64,000 nt of DNA from an uncultured bacterium (GTDB taxonomy: Bacteria > CSSED10-310 > CAZUFC01), in the NCBI GenBank assembly GCA_964619725.1, contig CAZUFC010000008.1:32001-96000 (forward strand), in the 5' to 3' direction. Shown in pieces: positions 19,005 through 28,700 of the stretch (position 1 is its first letter; every line of letters starts with the position of its first letter). The translations under genes were made by a program, and so were the position numbers. The notes under the pieces were generated by a model that was not told the origin of the DNA, searched no databases, and saw nothing but the letters and a program-made list of their open reading frames with translations.

Positions 19005-19299
19005 AAACCTTTCGTTCTTTATTGCTCATGTCTCTGGCAGAGATGATCCGAATAAAATCATTTCTGACAGTGAATACAATAAATAATCTTCTCCCCAAGT
19101 CCGTCTCTCCTAATAAGTAATATCTCTTTTCCGTGACGGAATGGGAAATATCATGGGCCACTATCATGGGCTGATTGAAAAAAACCTGCTCCGATTCAGT
19201 TCGGGACACCTGATGCTTTTCCCAATTTTTTGTCGCATTACCCGCATCCCATTCAAATCCTTTGCAATTTTTTAATAAATCCATCAGACCACTCGACAA
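18976..19299 (-). CDS. brnT: BrnT family toxin
   Basis: GFEWDAGNATKNWEKHQVS, HSVTEKRY and VFTVR..IRIISAR motifs. Confidence 0.92.
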   Translation of the reverse strand: MSSGLMDLLKNCKGFEWDAGNATKNWEKHQVSRTESEQVFFNQPMIVAHDISHSVTEKRYYLLGETDLGRRLFIVFTVRNDFIRIISARDMSNKERKVFENEQKENP

Positions 19300-19385
19300 A
19301 TCAGTATACTATGATCATATACAAATGTCAAGCGCTGCAAAAATTTTTCGGAGTTGCATCGCTTTATAATGTTAAAAAGGTGTAA

Positions 19386-20040
19386 AGGTATGCTGCTGCA
19401 TTCCGATGCGGAAAGAGTAAAAAGGAAAGATCGCCGGAAGCTGTGGCTGCATGGCTTCAACTGGGGGAATTGAAAGCCAGGGTGATTAATTGCAGGGATT
19501 TCAGTAAGAAGCGGATAATAGCTTCGTTGGAAGAAATCAGACAAATGACCGTTCAATCTCCGTAAGATTTTTTACCCGGTTTGACTTCGCTTCTCGCTGA
19601 TTGCGGAATAGCTTTCACATTATGTCCTCATTTTCCGAAAACTTACGTGAACGGAGCGGTATTTCGATTGGGCCGAAACAGGATAGTAATAATGATGACT
19701 TTAAGAGGGAAATGGGCTGACATTTTCTGGTTCAGTTTATTTCGTGAGCCTGAGCATGTTGTTTTGCATGACCGCCGGGCCGTAATAGTCGAATGCGAAG
19801 AAGGAAACCTGGAAAGCGATAAAGATGGAAGATGATGCGAACGATTTTGCCGCTGATGCGCTTGTTCCGCCTGATAATTGGTTCGTATTTATCCGAAGGA
19901 AATCGTTCGGGAAGACAACGATAGAAAAGTTCGCAGCAGATATTGGAATCGCTCCGGGCATTATCGTGGGCCGCCTGCAGCACGAGGGATACCTTAAGCA
20001 TCACTGGAACGACGATTTACGGATTCGTTATGTTTGGTAA
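19386..20040 (+). pseudogene. HigA-type antitoxin with ImmA/IrrE peptidase-like domain, degraded
   Basis: AVAAWLQLGE...CGIAF...NGA...TLRGKWADIFWFSLFREPEH (decayed HExxH)...ANDFAAD...PGIIVGRLQHEG. Has an in-frame TAA at 19563, a frameshift near 19820 and no N-terminal HTH. Confidence 0.8.
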
Positions 20041-20190
20041 AATTCTTTGTGAATATTTAATCGCAATATTAAGCTGAAAGGTTGATATACCTTTTTAACT
20101 GCTTTCATCAGTTCTCTTTTCCTAAAACCGGTCTTCGTGTAGAATAAAATGTTAGTACGGGAAAGGGTTGGTTCAACGCCGCCAAAAAAG

Positions 20191-20294
20191 GGGGACTGAT
20201 CAAAGGGGGTTACACTTCTTTCAAAATTTTCGACGGTTTGTTTCAGTAATCGGGTTCGGGGTCGGTATCGGGATCGAAATGGAAGCGAAATAAT
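20191..20294 (+). repeat. Partial repeat copy (core end plus ATCGGG hexamers)
   Basis: gggactgatcaaa...cacttctt.caaaa.ttt.gacggtttgtt.cagtaatcgg matches 10475-10540. Confidence 0.8.
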
Positions 20295-23200
20295 TGTTCC
20301 AACGGCAATTCATACGAGGAGATACAATATAATTTCACGGGCAATATGGTGAACGACAATCAAAGCGGAGGCGTTTACGTTCGCACGGGCGACAGTTCGG
20401 AGGAAATATCCGTACTGATGCAAAATGAGATTGTAGAGGGCAATGTTGCGGACGGCATCAACGTTCGATTCAGCTCTTATTCATCAATTACGTCTATGGT
20501 TTTACAGAACGTTGCGTCTTATGACAATGCGGGAGCGGGTGCGGAAATTCATTATGACAACAGTCAGACGGCGGCGGCCCTGGAAATAGAATCATGTGAT
20601 TTTTACGGAAACACGGGAAGAGGATTATATGTTTACGGAGATGGAATAATTTCTTCTTCGGTTTTTTCGAGCTGCACATTTTATGCGAACGGAAATGACG
20701 GATGTCGAATTTTCACGCCGGCAGAAATATTATTTCTGGACAACTCAGCGCATGACAATTTGAATCACGGCATCAGCATAAAACCGACTGCCGGGGCTTC
20801 TGTAGAAATACGGGGCAATGAGTCGTACGGCAACGCGGAGGACGGCATTTACTGTGAGAACTCTGACGCTCTGTTTATTTACAACAGCGTGCATGAAAAC
20901 GGGAGCAGCGGGATCAATTTTAATGACAGGACAGGGCATTTCATTCAGAACGATATTTTCACGAACGGCTTCTGCGGAGTGAGGTTCAACGCCGGTGACG
21001 GCGTGCAGGTCGTTAATGGTAATAATATATATGATAATTTGGAATATGAGATTTACAACAATACGCTTTATGCTGTCGATGCCAGGAACAATTATTGGGG
21101 AACAGCGACGACGGAAGCGATGAACACTCAGGGGTATACTGCCGACCTGGAAACTGTATATGACATCCATGACGATTTGCTTCTCGGCATGGTAGACTAC
21201 CGGGGTTGGAATGGGGATTTACTGGATACTTCGACTGATCCGGTTTCTTATATTGTAGTTCCCCTGGAAGGCATGACGTTGCCCCGGGGCAATTTTACGA
21301 TTGAGGGAGTAGCGTGCGCTTCGGCCGGCATAGCCCTGGTGGAAGCTTATAAAGACGGTGGCTGGGAGGAAGCCTCAGGGACGGTCGACTGGACCATAGA
21401 TTGGTTTGCGGGCGTATCAGGTCCTGCTACGGTTAACTCCAGGGCCGAGGATAGTGATTCCAACGTGGAGACGCCTGGTCCGGGAATCAACGTGGACGTG
21501 GATGTTTCCATGAATCACGCCAGGGGAGAACTTTACGCGGATGAAACCTGGAGCGGCGACGTATATGTTACCGGAGACGTCATAGTGCCTGAAGGCATCA
21601 CGTTGACCGTGCTTCCGGGATCAACGGTGAATTTCCTCCGTAACCGGGACGATACGCTCAGCGGTTTGGATACGTCGCGTTCTGAGTTGATCGTAAGAGG
21701 CGTTTTAATAGCTGACGGAGACCCGGAAAGCATTATCAGGTTTACGAGTGAGGAGGTTTACAAGCGCGACTGGTATGGAATAAGGTTCGACGATGCGAAT
21801 GATGAGCTTTGCGTGCTTGATCATTGCGAGATCAAGTATGCGCATGCAGGGATCAGCCTGGAAAGCGCTTCCGTGCCGATTACTAACTGTCTTGTCGCTG
21901 AATGCTGGTATCGCGGCATTACCGGCGAATCATCGGGAGGGGATATAATCCTCCGGAACAACGAGATTCTCAACAACGGTACAAGCAGCGAGGGCGACGG
22001 GGTAAACATCAAATGTAAATCATCCATTTCGGTATTGCTGGAGAATACAGAAATTCACGGCGCTTTCGCGACCGGAATACATTTTTACAATGAAGCGGAA
22101 ACAACGAATATTGATTATACGGTTATGGACAATAATATTCATGACAACGGCGAGCACGGCCTGAGCATCATCGCGGGTTCACGTTCGACAAACATTGATA
22201 TTCAAGTTCAAAATGAGGTTCATTATAATAATGTCGAGGACGGCTTCAACATAAGGATTAATTCTCAATCGTCCGGTACGGCGGTAAGTTTTGAGAACGT
22301 CGATGTTTACGACAACGACGGCGACGGAATAGAGGTGTTTTTCAACGAATTGGAAACATATTCGGGGATTGAGATGGCCGATTGCGAAGTTTATCGAAAC
22401 GAAGGGAGCGGCATTTGGATACGAGTGTCGGGAGAGCTTGATGAAGCTTTGGTTCATGAATGTTTATCGTATGAAAACGGCGGAGCGGGTTGCAGCATAG
22501 GAAAGACGGATATTTTAACGGTGAGGAACAACGAGATCAGGGATAACGGCGGCGACGGGTTATGGGTGAGAATAACGGATACGGGAAGCGTTATAGACGA
22601 TAATTACATCCGTGAGAATGCGGGAAGGGGAATACATTGTGAAGATGGAAATGCGATGTTCAAGTATAACACCGTCAGGAAAAACGGTTCTTATGGGATA
22701 GAGTTCGAGCGGGGATTCGGCACATTTTTGCAGAACAACATATACATGAATCAGAGCTGCGGATTACTGTTAAGCGACTGCGCATCCATTAACGAGATAC
22801 ATTACAACAATATATTCAGAAACGCCACGTATGAAATTTACAATAATTCGCCGCGTGCTGCGGACGCCAGGCTAAACTGGTGGGGCGACGTAGCGACCGC
22901 CCAGATGGACTCGCAGGGATATTCCGTGGATATCGAAGTGATTTACGATATTCATGATGATTTCACTCTGGGCATGGTGGATTACCGTGGTTGGTTCGTC
23001 CGTCCGTCAGACATTTCAAAGGACCCGGGTTCTCATATAACCGATCCCATGGACGGCATGACGATACCTGCCGGTCCGATAAATATTGTGGGAACGGCGG
23101 TTTCGTCAGCGGGTCTGGACCATGTGGATGTCAGCACGGACGGCGGGAACGTCTGGAACCCGGGAACAGGAACGGCACATTGGCATTATCCGTGGAATGC

Positions 23201-25685
23201 TGATACTGAAGGCACGTATAATATTCGTTCGTGTGCGTATGACGCTGAGTTGAATGCGGAATTTCCAATCGATGAGGGGATATTCGTCGATGTTGAGCCA
23301 GGTTTGCTTCATACGTGGGGAACCATTTACGAGGATGAGACATGGAGTGAGAGCATTGTGATAATGGGGGACGTCGTGGTTCCGGCCGGGGTAACGCTGA
23401 CTGTAATGCCCGGAACGACGGTGGTTTTTGCAGCAGAGCGGGACGACACGATGAGCGGCTTTGATGATTCCCGTTGCGAACTTATTGTGCAGGGGGCTTT
23501 AAATGCTGACGGCGATTCTGAAAATGAGATACTCTTCACCGTCGATTCGCTGGTTCCCGTCAGCAAGGACTGGTATGGAATACGTTTCGTTAATCCTGAC
23601 GCTTCATTCTGCGTCATGGACCATTGCAGCATCCAATGGGCCCATGCGGGCATATCCCTGGAATCGGCTTCTATCGACATAACGAACTGCAGTATTTCCG
23701 AATCTTTTTATCGGGGAATAACCGGAGCGACTTATGGAACGGGAATGTCGCTTCAGGACTGTCGAATATTCGACAACGGTCATGACGACGAAGGCGACGG
23801 CGTTAATATAAGATGCGGTTCATTCAACTCTCTGACTGTAAGCGAGAATGAATTTTTCGACAATTTCAACTGCGGAATTCACTGCTGGAGCGGTTCCGAA
23901 ACGTCGAACATTGATTACCTGTTCGTTAATAATCTAGCTTACGGCAACGGAGCAAGCGGCTTCAGCGTAAAAGCGGGCGTCGAATCAATGCATATTTCCT
24001 CGACATTTCAGAATGAGACTTGCTATGGCAATGCGCAGGACGGCATTCATGTCGAGTATTCGGGAGGAGCTGCGGATACGGAAGTCATCCTGGATAACGT
24101 CGTTACTTACGATAATGAAGGCGACGGCGTAGAGATACGTTCCAATGATCTTGACGGTCCGTCAGTTGTCGAATGCGTTGATTGCGATGCGCATGGCAAC
24201 GGAGGCATGGGCATCCGGTCGAATGTAACCGGAAGCATCTCCAGCCTGGGTATTGCCGATTGTGTGATTCATGAAAACGAAGGAGGGGGTTGTTCCCCGG
24301 GAATGTCGATTCAGGCTTCGATCAGCGGCATGAACATTTATGACAATAACGGCGAAGGACTGTGGATAAGGGGCGGCAATGCGGAGTTAACCGAAAACGA
24401 TGTATCGAACAACAGCGGAACGGGCATCCATTGTCAAGGCGGCGCTGTTCAGGGTTTCTGCAATGTGATGACGTTCAACGGCGGAGACGGCTTTCAATTG
24501 CAGAACGGAAGCGCTGTCTTCCATTACAACGATATAAACTGGAATGAAGGATACGGCGTCAGGTTTACTGATTCGGGAGCCGGTTCTAATTTCGATCACA
24601 ATAACATCTACACTAACGGCGATTATGAATTTTATAATAACTCGAACGAAGATGTTTCCGCCCAGTACTGCTGGTGGGGAAACACGGTCACCGGTGAAAT
24701 GAATGAACTGGGGTATCCCGCGGATATAACCCGGATATACGACGTACACGAAAATTCTTCCCTGGGAGAAGTCATTTACGATAACTGGCTCGACGGACAC
24801 GTGCCCACTGTAACGCCGACGCCGGGACCGACCTTTACGCCCGGTCCCCCGACTTATACTCCGACTGCAGGACCATCGCCCACGCCGCCGGTGTTTTCTC
24901 CAACTCCGCCCTTTACTCCCACTGTAACGCCGCTTTGCCTTAACGACGGAGACGTCGACCAGAACGGCAAACTGACTCCCCAGGATGCTCAGTTTGCTTT
25001 CTTTATTTATCTGGGTGTTATCGATCCCACTTACATAGAATTATGCTCCGCTGATTGTCTCGGTGAGGGCGAAGTCACTCCTGACGATGCTCAATGCATT
25101 TTACAGCATTATCTGGATATGGGCTGCGATTGCGCAGACCCTATAGCGATGCCGCCATATCCGAACCGAAAACAGAACACCGGCAAGCAAAAATGTCCGC
25201 TTGAAAGGCATATCCCCCGACATGCTCAGAATAATGCTCGTTCACACTTGTCGAAATCTGACCGGGCGCCGGCCGCTGTGGACCGGGAAAAAACCGGCGT
25301 CATCATCATCGAGCGGAAACGGGACGCACAGTCGGGATATTTAACCCTACGCATCAGTATGGAAAATTATCGTAATGAAGCGGATGCTTTTGGGTTTCGA
25401 TTGAATTTCCCGCAGAACCTGCTTACGCCGGTCAACATGCAGTTCGGCGAAAAAATTGCCGATTGGAGGGCTGTTGCCGCGAATCATGAACCGGGCAGTA
25501 TAATTTTCGGCGCTTTTGATACGGAAAAGGCTTTGCCTGCGGATTCTCAGAGCATGATAGCGGATGTCGAATTCATGATAAAGGGAATCGGCGAGACGGC
25601 CGGAATAGAAATAAGAGTCGTTGATCTAGTGGATGATATAGAAGATTACGAAATTTACGTTAACGATATGATTTTCAATGAATAA
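20295..25685 (+). CDS. Giant parallel beta-helix / Ig-like repeat surface protein with dockerin-like and cohesin-like C-terminal modules; 5'-truncated (first ATG at 20346)
   Basis: NxIxxNxxxGI repeats, ETWSG..GDV.VP units, PTPT linker, CLNDGDVDQNG..TPQDA/DCLGEG..TPDDA, C-terminal DAFGF..DLVDD. Homology to the paralog begins at 20295 and there is no signal peptide. Confidence 0.82.
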   Translation, partial: CSNGNSYEEIQYNFTGNMVNDNQSGGVYVRTGDSSEEISVLMQNEIVEGNVADGINVRFSSYSSITSMVLQNVASYDNAGAGAEIHYDNSQTAAALEIESCDFYGNTGRGLYVYGDGIISSSVFSSCTFYANGNDGCRIFTPAEILFLDNSAHDNLNHGISIKPTAGASVEIRGNESYGNAEDGIYCENSDALFIYNSVHENGSSGINFNDRTGHFIQNDIFTNGFCGVRFNAGDGVQVVNGNNIYDNLEYEIYNNTLYAVDARNNYWGTATTEAMNTQGYTADLETVYDIHDDLLLGMVDYRGWNGDLLDTSTDPVSYIVVPLEGMTLPRGNFTIEGVACASAGIALVEAYKDGGWEEASGTVDWTIDWFAGVSGPATVNSRAEDSDSNVETPGPGINVDVDVSMNHARGELYADETWSGDVYVTGDVIVPEGITLTVLPGSTVNFLRNRDDTLSGLDTSRSELIVRGVLIADGDPESIIRFTSEEVYKRDWYGIRFDDANDELCVLDHCEIKYAHAGISLESASVPITNCLVAECWYRGITGESSGGDIILRNNEILNNGTSSEGDGVNIKCKSSISVLLENTEIHGAFATGIHFYNEAETTNIDYTVMDNNIHDNGEHGLSIIAGSRSTNIDIQVQNEVHYNNVEDGFNIRINSQSSGTAVSFENVDVYDNDGDGIEVFFNELETYSGIEMADCEVYRNEGSGIWIRVSGELDEALVHECLSYENGGAGCSIGKTDILTVRNNEIRDNGGDGLWVRITDTGSVIDDNYIRENAGRGIHCEDGNAMFKYNTVRKNGSYGIEFERGFGTFLQNNIYMNQSCGLLLSDCASINEIHYNNIFRNATYEIYNNSPRAADARLNWWGDVATAQMDSQGYSVDIEVIYDIHDDFTLGMVDYRGWFVRPSDISKDPGSHITDPMDGMTIPAGPINIVGTAVSSAGLDHVDVSTDGGNVWNPGTGTAHWHYPWNADTEGTYNIRSCAYDAELNAEFPIDEGIFVDVEPGLLHTWGTIYEDETWSESIVIMGDVVVPAGVTLTVMPGTTVVFAAERDDTMSGFDDSRCELIVQGALNADGDSENEILFTVDSLVPVSKDWYGIRFVNPDASFCVMDHCSIQWAHAGISLESASIDITNCSISESFYRGITGATYGTGMSLQDCRIFDNGHDDEGDGVNIRCGSFNSLTVSENEFFDNFNCGIHCWSGSETSNIDYLFVNNLAYGNGASGFSVKAGVESMHISSTFQNETCYGNAQDGIHVEYSGGAADTEVILDNVVTYDNEGDGVEIRSNDLDGPSVVECVDCDAHGNGGMGIRSNVTGSISSLGIADCVIHENEGGGCSPGMSIQASISGMNIYDNNGEGLWIRGGNAELTENDVSNNSGTGIHCQGGAVQGFCNVMTFNGGDGFQLQNGSAVFHYNDINWNEGYGVRFTDSGAGSNFDHNNIYTNGDYEFYNNSNEDVSAQYCWWGNTVTGEMNELGYPADITRIYDVHENSSLGEVIYDNWLDGHVPTVTPTPGPTFTPGPPTYTPTAGPSPTPPVFSPTPPFTPTVTPLCLNDGDVDQNGKLTPQDAQFAFFIYLGVIDPTYIELCSADCLGEGEVTPDDAQCILQHYLDMGCDCADPIAMPPYPNRKQNTGKQKCPLERHIPRHAQNNARSHLSKSDRAPAAVDREKTGVIIIERKRDAQSGYLTLRISMENYRNEADAFGFRLNFPQNLLTPVNMQFGEKIADWRAVAANHEPGSIIFGAFDTEKALPADSQSMIADVEFMIKGIGETAGIEIRVVDLVDDIEDYEIYVNDMIFNE

Positions 25686-25701
25686 CCAGGAGGGAGTCAA
25701 T

Positions 25702-28700
25702 ATGAAAAACCTGTCTTTTAAAAGGCAATTGTTTGTCGTTGCGGCGCTTGTTATGTTTCTGCCGTGCGTATCCGCGTTTGCTCAAACCACAACGCCTTCT
25801 CCGGGGGCTACGGCTACGGTATCGCCTACGCCGGCGCCGACCCTGGCTTCGGGCATTCTTGCTGTGGACGAAACCTGGGACGGCAGGGTATTGGTTACAG
25901 GGGATGTAACGGTGCCGGATGGATTGAGTCTAACGATTCAAGCAGGTACGCTGGTTGAATTCACGGCGGTTTCTGACGATATGAGCAGCGGAGCTGATAA
26001 TTCCAGGTGTGAGTTGATTATTGAGGGAATCCTGGAAGCGGACGGGGAAGCGGCGAATGAGATCATCTTCACCAGCGACGCGGATACTCCTGAACCCAGG
26101 GATTATTACGGCATCCGGTTCCTGGACCCGGCAGATGAGCTCTGCGTGCTCGATTATTGTCAAATAGCCTGGGCTTATATCGGCGTTGAACTCAATACGG
26201 CTTCTCCTGCGGTTACCAATAATGTTATTTCAGACTGCTATTTCCAGGGAATCAGCGGCAGCTCCTCGGAAGTGGACCTGATTATCGAAGGTAACGAAAT
26301 TTTTAATGTCGGAGTCAACAACGACGGTCACGGCATCTACATCGATTGCTTTACCGATATGGATATCTATTTAAACAATAATCATTCTCATGATAATTAC
26401 GGACGGGGCATTTACTGTTATAACGGCAACGGGTTATCAAACATTAATTATTATTTCACGGGAAACCTTACTGAGAATAATGCGAGAGGGGGCATTTACG
26501 TTTACGCCGGCAATTCCTCCAATAACGTTAACTTTCATTTCCAGGATGAAACGGCAAGCAGCAATGGAGGCGACGGCATACAAGTGAGATCCTATGCTTA
26601 CGGCTCTAATATGGATGCCTTTTTTCAAAGCGTCGACTCATATGATAATGACGGCAACGGCGTTCATCTGTATTTCGACCGTATCAGCGATCCGACGAAT
26701 GTTGAATTAAGGGATTGTAATTTATATGAAAACGCTCAAAAAGGCATATACGCCTGGGGAAGCGGCGATCCTTCGTCAGCCCTGTTTTCGATGTGCGCTG
26801 TTTATGGAAACGAAGATGAAGGCTGTTATTTCAGGGCATTCAAGAATTTTTTAGCGGAAGGCAATGCCGTTTATGATAATCTGGACAACGGCTTACATGT
26901 AAGGCCGTCGTCGAACGCCGCAGTCGAATTCCAGCATAACGACATTTATAATAACGCATCTTATGGCGTGTATTGCAATGGGTCTTCTCCTCTATTTATT
27001 TACAACGAAATACATGAAAATTTGGGAGGAGGCGTATGGTATCAGGACGAGATAGCGACATTCGTTCAGAACGACATCTACATGAACGGGACGTACGGCG
27101 TATATTTCAACAATGTAAACGACACACAGGCAATCAACGGGAACAACATTTACGACAATACGGACGCTGAGATTTACAATAACACCGGACACGCTGTTGA
27201 TGCGCGGTGCAATTACTGGGGCGTTTCGACGACTAATGAGATGAATACGATGGGATATTCCGCGAATCTGTCGGCTCTTCACGATATCCACGATGATATT
27301 TCGCTGGGAATGATCGATTACCGCGGATGGAAATCGACTGCCCTGGACACTTCCGTGGACCCTGTATCTTACATAATTGATCCGCTGGACGGCATTACGG
27401 TTTCACGAGGCGTGCTTGACATAGAGGGAGTGGCCTGTGCGACGTCGGGTATAGATATCGTTGAGGTGACGAGAGATGGAGGCATGTTCTGGCTGGAAGC
27501 TGACGGCAAGGAGGATTGGTCATTTCCGTGGTATGCCAGCGCATCGGGAATATATAATCTTAATTCCCGCGCTTACGACGATGATTCGGTGATGGAAACT
27601 CCCGGAGCCGGAATTTTTGTGGAAGTCGATTCAGATAAGATTCATACGCTGGGCGATCTGTTTCTGGACGAAACCTGGAGCGGCGACGTATTCGTTACCG
27701 GCGACGTCACTGTTCCCAACGGAGTAACTTTGACGATTCTTCCGGGAACGACGGTGACTTTTGCCGCAAACCGGGACGATATGATCGGAGGAATGGATAC
27801 GTCGCGCTGCGAGCTGATCGTTAAAGGCATTCTTAATGCGACAGGAACATCGGGAGATGAGATCGTCTTCACAAGCGACTATGAATCTCTGAAGGATTGG
27901 CACGGCATCCGTTTCGTGAATCCTGTGGATGCTTTCTGCATCCTGGACCATTGCGATATTCAATGGGCGCATGCAGGCATTATCCTTGAAGATGCTTCGC
28001 CGACCATTATGAACAGTTCTGTTTCTCATTGCCTGTATCGGGGTATCACGGGCGAGACTTCGGAAGAAGACATGCTGTTGCAGGGCAACGACATATTTTT
28101 GAACGGCTCCGACGGCGACGGTTACGGCGTTTACCTGAGTTACAGATGTTCGCTGACGTTCGACGACAATCATATTTACGAGAATTTCAACAACGGCGTT
28201 TACTGCGTAGGATTCCAGGCGGTCAACATAATCGAACATAACTTCATGAACAATGTGGTCAACAATAATGGAGACACCGGCGTTTACATGAGAGTCCCTT
28301 CAAGTTCGCAGAACGTCGAGGTGAATTTTCAGAACGACATCTTTTTCAGCAATAACGACCATGGGGTTTTTGTCGATTTTGACCCTTATGGAACCAATTT
28401 GGGAGCGACATTTAACGGCGTAACCTCTTATGATAATGATGATGAGGGAATCAAGACAGCATTTGACCGGGATAATGCACCGAGATACGTTGAAATCTAC
28501 TCATGCGAAGTATATGAAAACATTGACTTTGGTATAGAAATTTGGGGCGGAGTGGATGATGTGACGGTACAGGATACCTCTGTTTATGAAAATGCGGGAA
28601 TAGGTTGTTACATAAGGTCTGTCGAACAGCTTGATTTTTCGAACAACTCTATCAGCGAGAACTTGTCTGACGGGCTTTGGTTGAGAGTATCCGATCCCGT

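Noticed and set aside
8457-20294. Integron cassette array (TA genes between palindromic repeats)
   Set aside because: No integrase in the window, mixed gene and repeat orientations, and no consistent RYYYAAC...GTTRRRY attC boundaries seen.
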